This document shows positions 61,290-64,000 of a DNA stretch of 64,000 nucleotides, piece by piece (within the stretch, counting starts at the first letter, position 1; every line of letters begins with the position of its first letter). The translations under genes and the position numbers were made by a program. The notes under the pieces are model-generated. The model was not told the DNA's origin. It did not search any database and worked only from the letters and a program-made list of their open reading frames with translations. This DNA comes from Nemertoderma westbladi (Eukaryota > Animalia > Xenacoelomorpha), in assembly GCA_032718475.1 (NCBI GenBank), contig JAUCBJ010009105.1, positions 38,081 through 102,080 of the forward strand. Reading direction: 5' to 3'.

Positions 61290-61879
61290 CCTGATGTTTG
61301 CGACGAGATATTAACTTAAGATAGTAAAGTTAACATAAACAAACAACAGCTGTAAGCTACTAACAGGTATCTGTCAGTCCACGATAGGCATTGGCAATGC
61401 CTCCCCTCCATCATGCGTGGGCGTGCAGTGCAGGTGCAAATGCATCTTGAATAGATTTATTGCACAAGAATAGATATATTGCACAAAATTCATAAGCCTA
61501 ATGTGCGCACAGCACAATTACTGAGCGAAGTAAAACGGGATATAAAGGATATGGTACAATATCAATAAAGATAATCCATTTGCCTTTGCCAGTAATCTAG
61601 TTTAATTTAAACGGAGAGTTTTATTGTGCGATTTCTTCTCTTCTCGGTTTAATCACCCTTAAGAGATTTCCCTTGATTCGCATATTACATTGGTTCATGA
61701 TCGTCCAGATCACACTTACTCGTGATACTGTACTGCGGTGCGAGCCACGAATAACGGTGTTACAGTACCTAGAGTAGCGGAATCATTACTACAGTAGTTA
61801 ACTGTTTGTCACAATTGCCTTCGAATTGTTTAAACCTCAAAAGTTTACAAATTCTACAGCATGACGCGAACTCGACTGG

Positions 61880-61990
61880 ATATATTTCGCGTGAACGCAG
61901 CTGAATATATTTCGCGTGAACGCAGCTGAATATATTTCGCGTGAACGCAGCTGAATATATTTCGCGTGAACGCAGCTGAATATATTTCGC
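61880..61990. repeat. 25-bp tandem repeat (~4.5 copies)
   Basis: ATATATTTCGCGTGAACGCAGCTGA repeated perfectly. Confidence 0.95.
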
Positions 61991-62154
61991 CTGGCTTGAA
62001 CCAGCAAGACGCACCATCTGTTTGTCGCACCTCGTGCCACGCGAAGGCCCCACAAACACGTTGTAATTATTTCGTATAGTTCATTCGCAGAACCTGTATG
62101 AAAATTACTGAAAAAAACTTTCCAAAATAGGAATGAACTACTGAACGGAGACAG

Positions 62155-62394
62155 GGGGGGGGGGGGGAAACTGGACGCAAATCCCGCCTTGGCGAATTAA
62201 TATCTCGCCTAAATGTTAATAATTGTCAATTTAGGGAAAGGAACTGGTTACAGTGCCACGTTAATTTAACGAAAACAATAAACTAAGCACAATCGAACAG
62301 GTTATAGTTTGATTTTTGAGAATAACCAGGTGTTATTTGCGTCGAATTTCCCCTGGAGAGGGATGAATTTTTATTGCGTCCAGTTTTCCCCCCT
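62155..62394. mobile_element. Small MITE (GGGGGAAACTGGACGCAA ... TTGCGTCCAGTTTTCCCCCC)
   Basis: Inverted termini. A related subterminal sequence CATCCCTCTCCAGGGGAAA also occurs at about 57440. Confidence 0.5.
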
Positions 62395-62654
62395 ATCTGT
62401 GTATATGAGTACCTACCCATCATAGGTTATATCGCTAGCGGAGGCCAATAAAAGAGATCCGGATTAGACTCCGTACAATTTGCAGATAGCTCCCCCGCAC
62501 CCGCTATGAACGTACAGTACATATCAGAATTCGACACTGGATGGTAGTTTGTTTACATAGTGTTTAATATACAGTAGTTAGTTTGTCCGGTTAAAATCGC
62601 TTGGTGTTAATGTTAAACGTCAATGGTGCATTTCTGATATTCAGTAGTTTAGGA

Positions 62655-63881
62655 GGTATACAGACGTTTCGGCCTAGGACGTTTAGGTCCAGGACGTTTC
62701 GGCCCGGACGTTTCGGCCCATGACTGTAACTGAATGAAAAGGCTAACTTGTTTGATATGATAATTATTATTCATTAAAATTATAATTATTTCACAAAAAC
62801 ATACAAACACTTAATAAAATATCTTGCATGAAATGGCTATTTAATTTACCTTTATTTCAAAATAAAATTAACATTAGGGAAGTGGTGCTCTGGTTCCATA
62901 GACAATTCGCCATCAGTTATGTTATGCGGCCGAAAAAATGAAAGTCAGAACAAATCTATTGGTCTCGAGTACCACATTGCTAATATACAGTACTACCAAA
63001 GTGAATCAATTTCACGAACCATTTAGGGCTTAAATCTCTATATTTTGGAGATACTTCATAAACTTTAAACATTACTCAATTAATAATTCTTGTAGCTGGA
63101 CAGTGTATTGCAGCTATGTCTTAATGATCTATTGAAACAATAACTCTCATCTTCGATGATAGATGATTTTGATTTATACCCATAGATAACGACGTATATT
63201 GCTTTTATTAATACATATTTTATTTCACTTCGCATCCACTCTCGTCCTTTTAATGCGCATACATTTAATCTAAATTTAAATTTAATACGCATATATTTCA
63301 TCTAAATTTAATACGCATATATTTTATCTCATTCCATATGACATCCAGTCTGTCTCATAATTATTAGCTATGCTCCTTTAATGGAATATTTCTAATCTAG
63401 TATATTTTTAAGACCAACATTAAAATACAGTAATAATTTTAATTCCGTGTATTGTAATGTACTTTATTTATTGACTCACATTTTAAAATACGTATGTTTT
63501 TTTTATGGGGGAAACCCCATCATCATAATACTAAAGTTAATTTGTCAGCATATGTTGTCTTTGTTTTAAGTTACAGTATGGTGTAAATTTATATTAAGAA
63601 ATAATAATAATACTATTACATTAGTTATTATTTATAAATATAATGTAGAACTTCGATCTTGAATTTCAAACAAGTGTCGGAGCAGTTCCTACTGACAACT
63701 CCTCTTGTAACGAACGTAACAACTACAAAACAAATATATTGAATAACTTATTATTAATAGCTTATTTAAGGGAGTAAAGTGAATCTTTGGGCCAAAACGT
63801 CCGACAAGCAAATCTTGTATTTCATTTATTGGGCCGAAACGTCCTAGGCCAAAATGTCTCAGACCGAAACGTCTGTTACCC
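62655..63881. mobile_element. Mutator (MULE)-type non-autonomous element with 9-bp TSD
   Basis: TSD AGTTTAGGA at 62646-62654 and 63882-63890. G-initiated TIRs with subterminal GACGTTTCGGCC / GGCCGAAACGTC repeats. Confidence 0.85.
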
Positions 63882-64000
63882 AGTTTAGGATTAGGACCTA
63901 ACATTTTCGGCTTATATTAAACTTATTATACTGTTCCCCACATACCGGTACTGTTGTTTCTTTGCATTCTGTATACTGGTGCAGTTCTCTCTCTGTATAT

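Noticed and set aside
63666-64000. Last two exons of a minus-strand gene (donor at 63945, acceptor at 63723, ...ETTVP|LLRSLQEELSV...)
   Set aside because: The putative terminal exon lies inside the MULE element bounded by 9-bp TSDs, and only 55 nt of the upstream segment is visible.

Overview
Repeat-rich animal (metazoan-type) nuclear DNA, not prokaryotic. Bases 1-19394 are a near-homogeneous 70-bp tandem array (about 275 copies seen, plus a 100-N gap). The array is not anonymous satellite. On the minus strand each unit is the last 48 nt of a coding exon plus the first 22 nt of its intron (CAG|GTGCGT), and the parent exon (19347-19463) encodes a peptide closely resembling CCDC65/DRC2. The rest of the window is nested transposons around three other host genes: a two-exon C2H2 zinc-finger gene with an unrecognised N-terminal domain, an intronless RPL37A and an intronless DCAKD. 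The transposons are a gag-only BEL/Pao-like LTR element carrying an apparently full-length CRE-clade RLE retrotransposon, CR1/L2/RTE-X-like LINE fragments, a Sola2 DNA transposon with ~1-kb TIRs, and several MITEs. Two further minisatellites (103/106 bp and 42 bp) also end at splice-donor-like motifs. All family and gene calls come from motif recognition by eye, without database searches.
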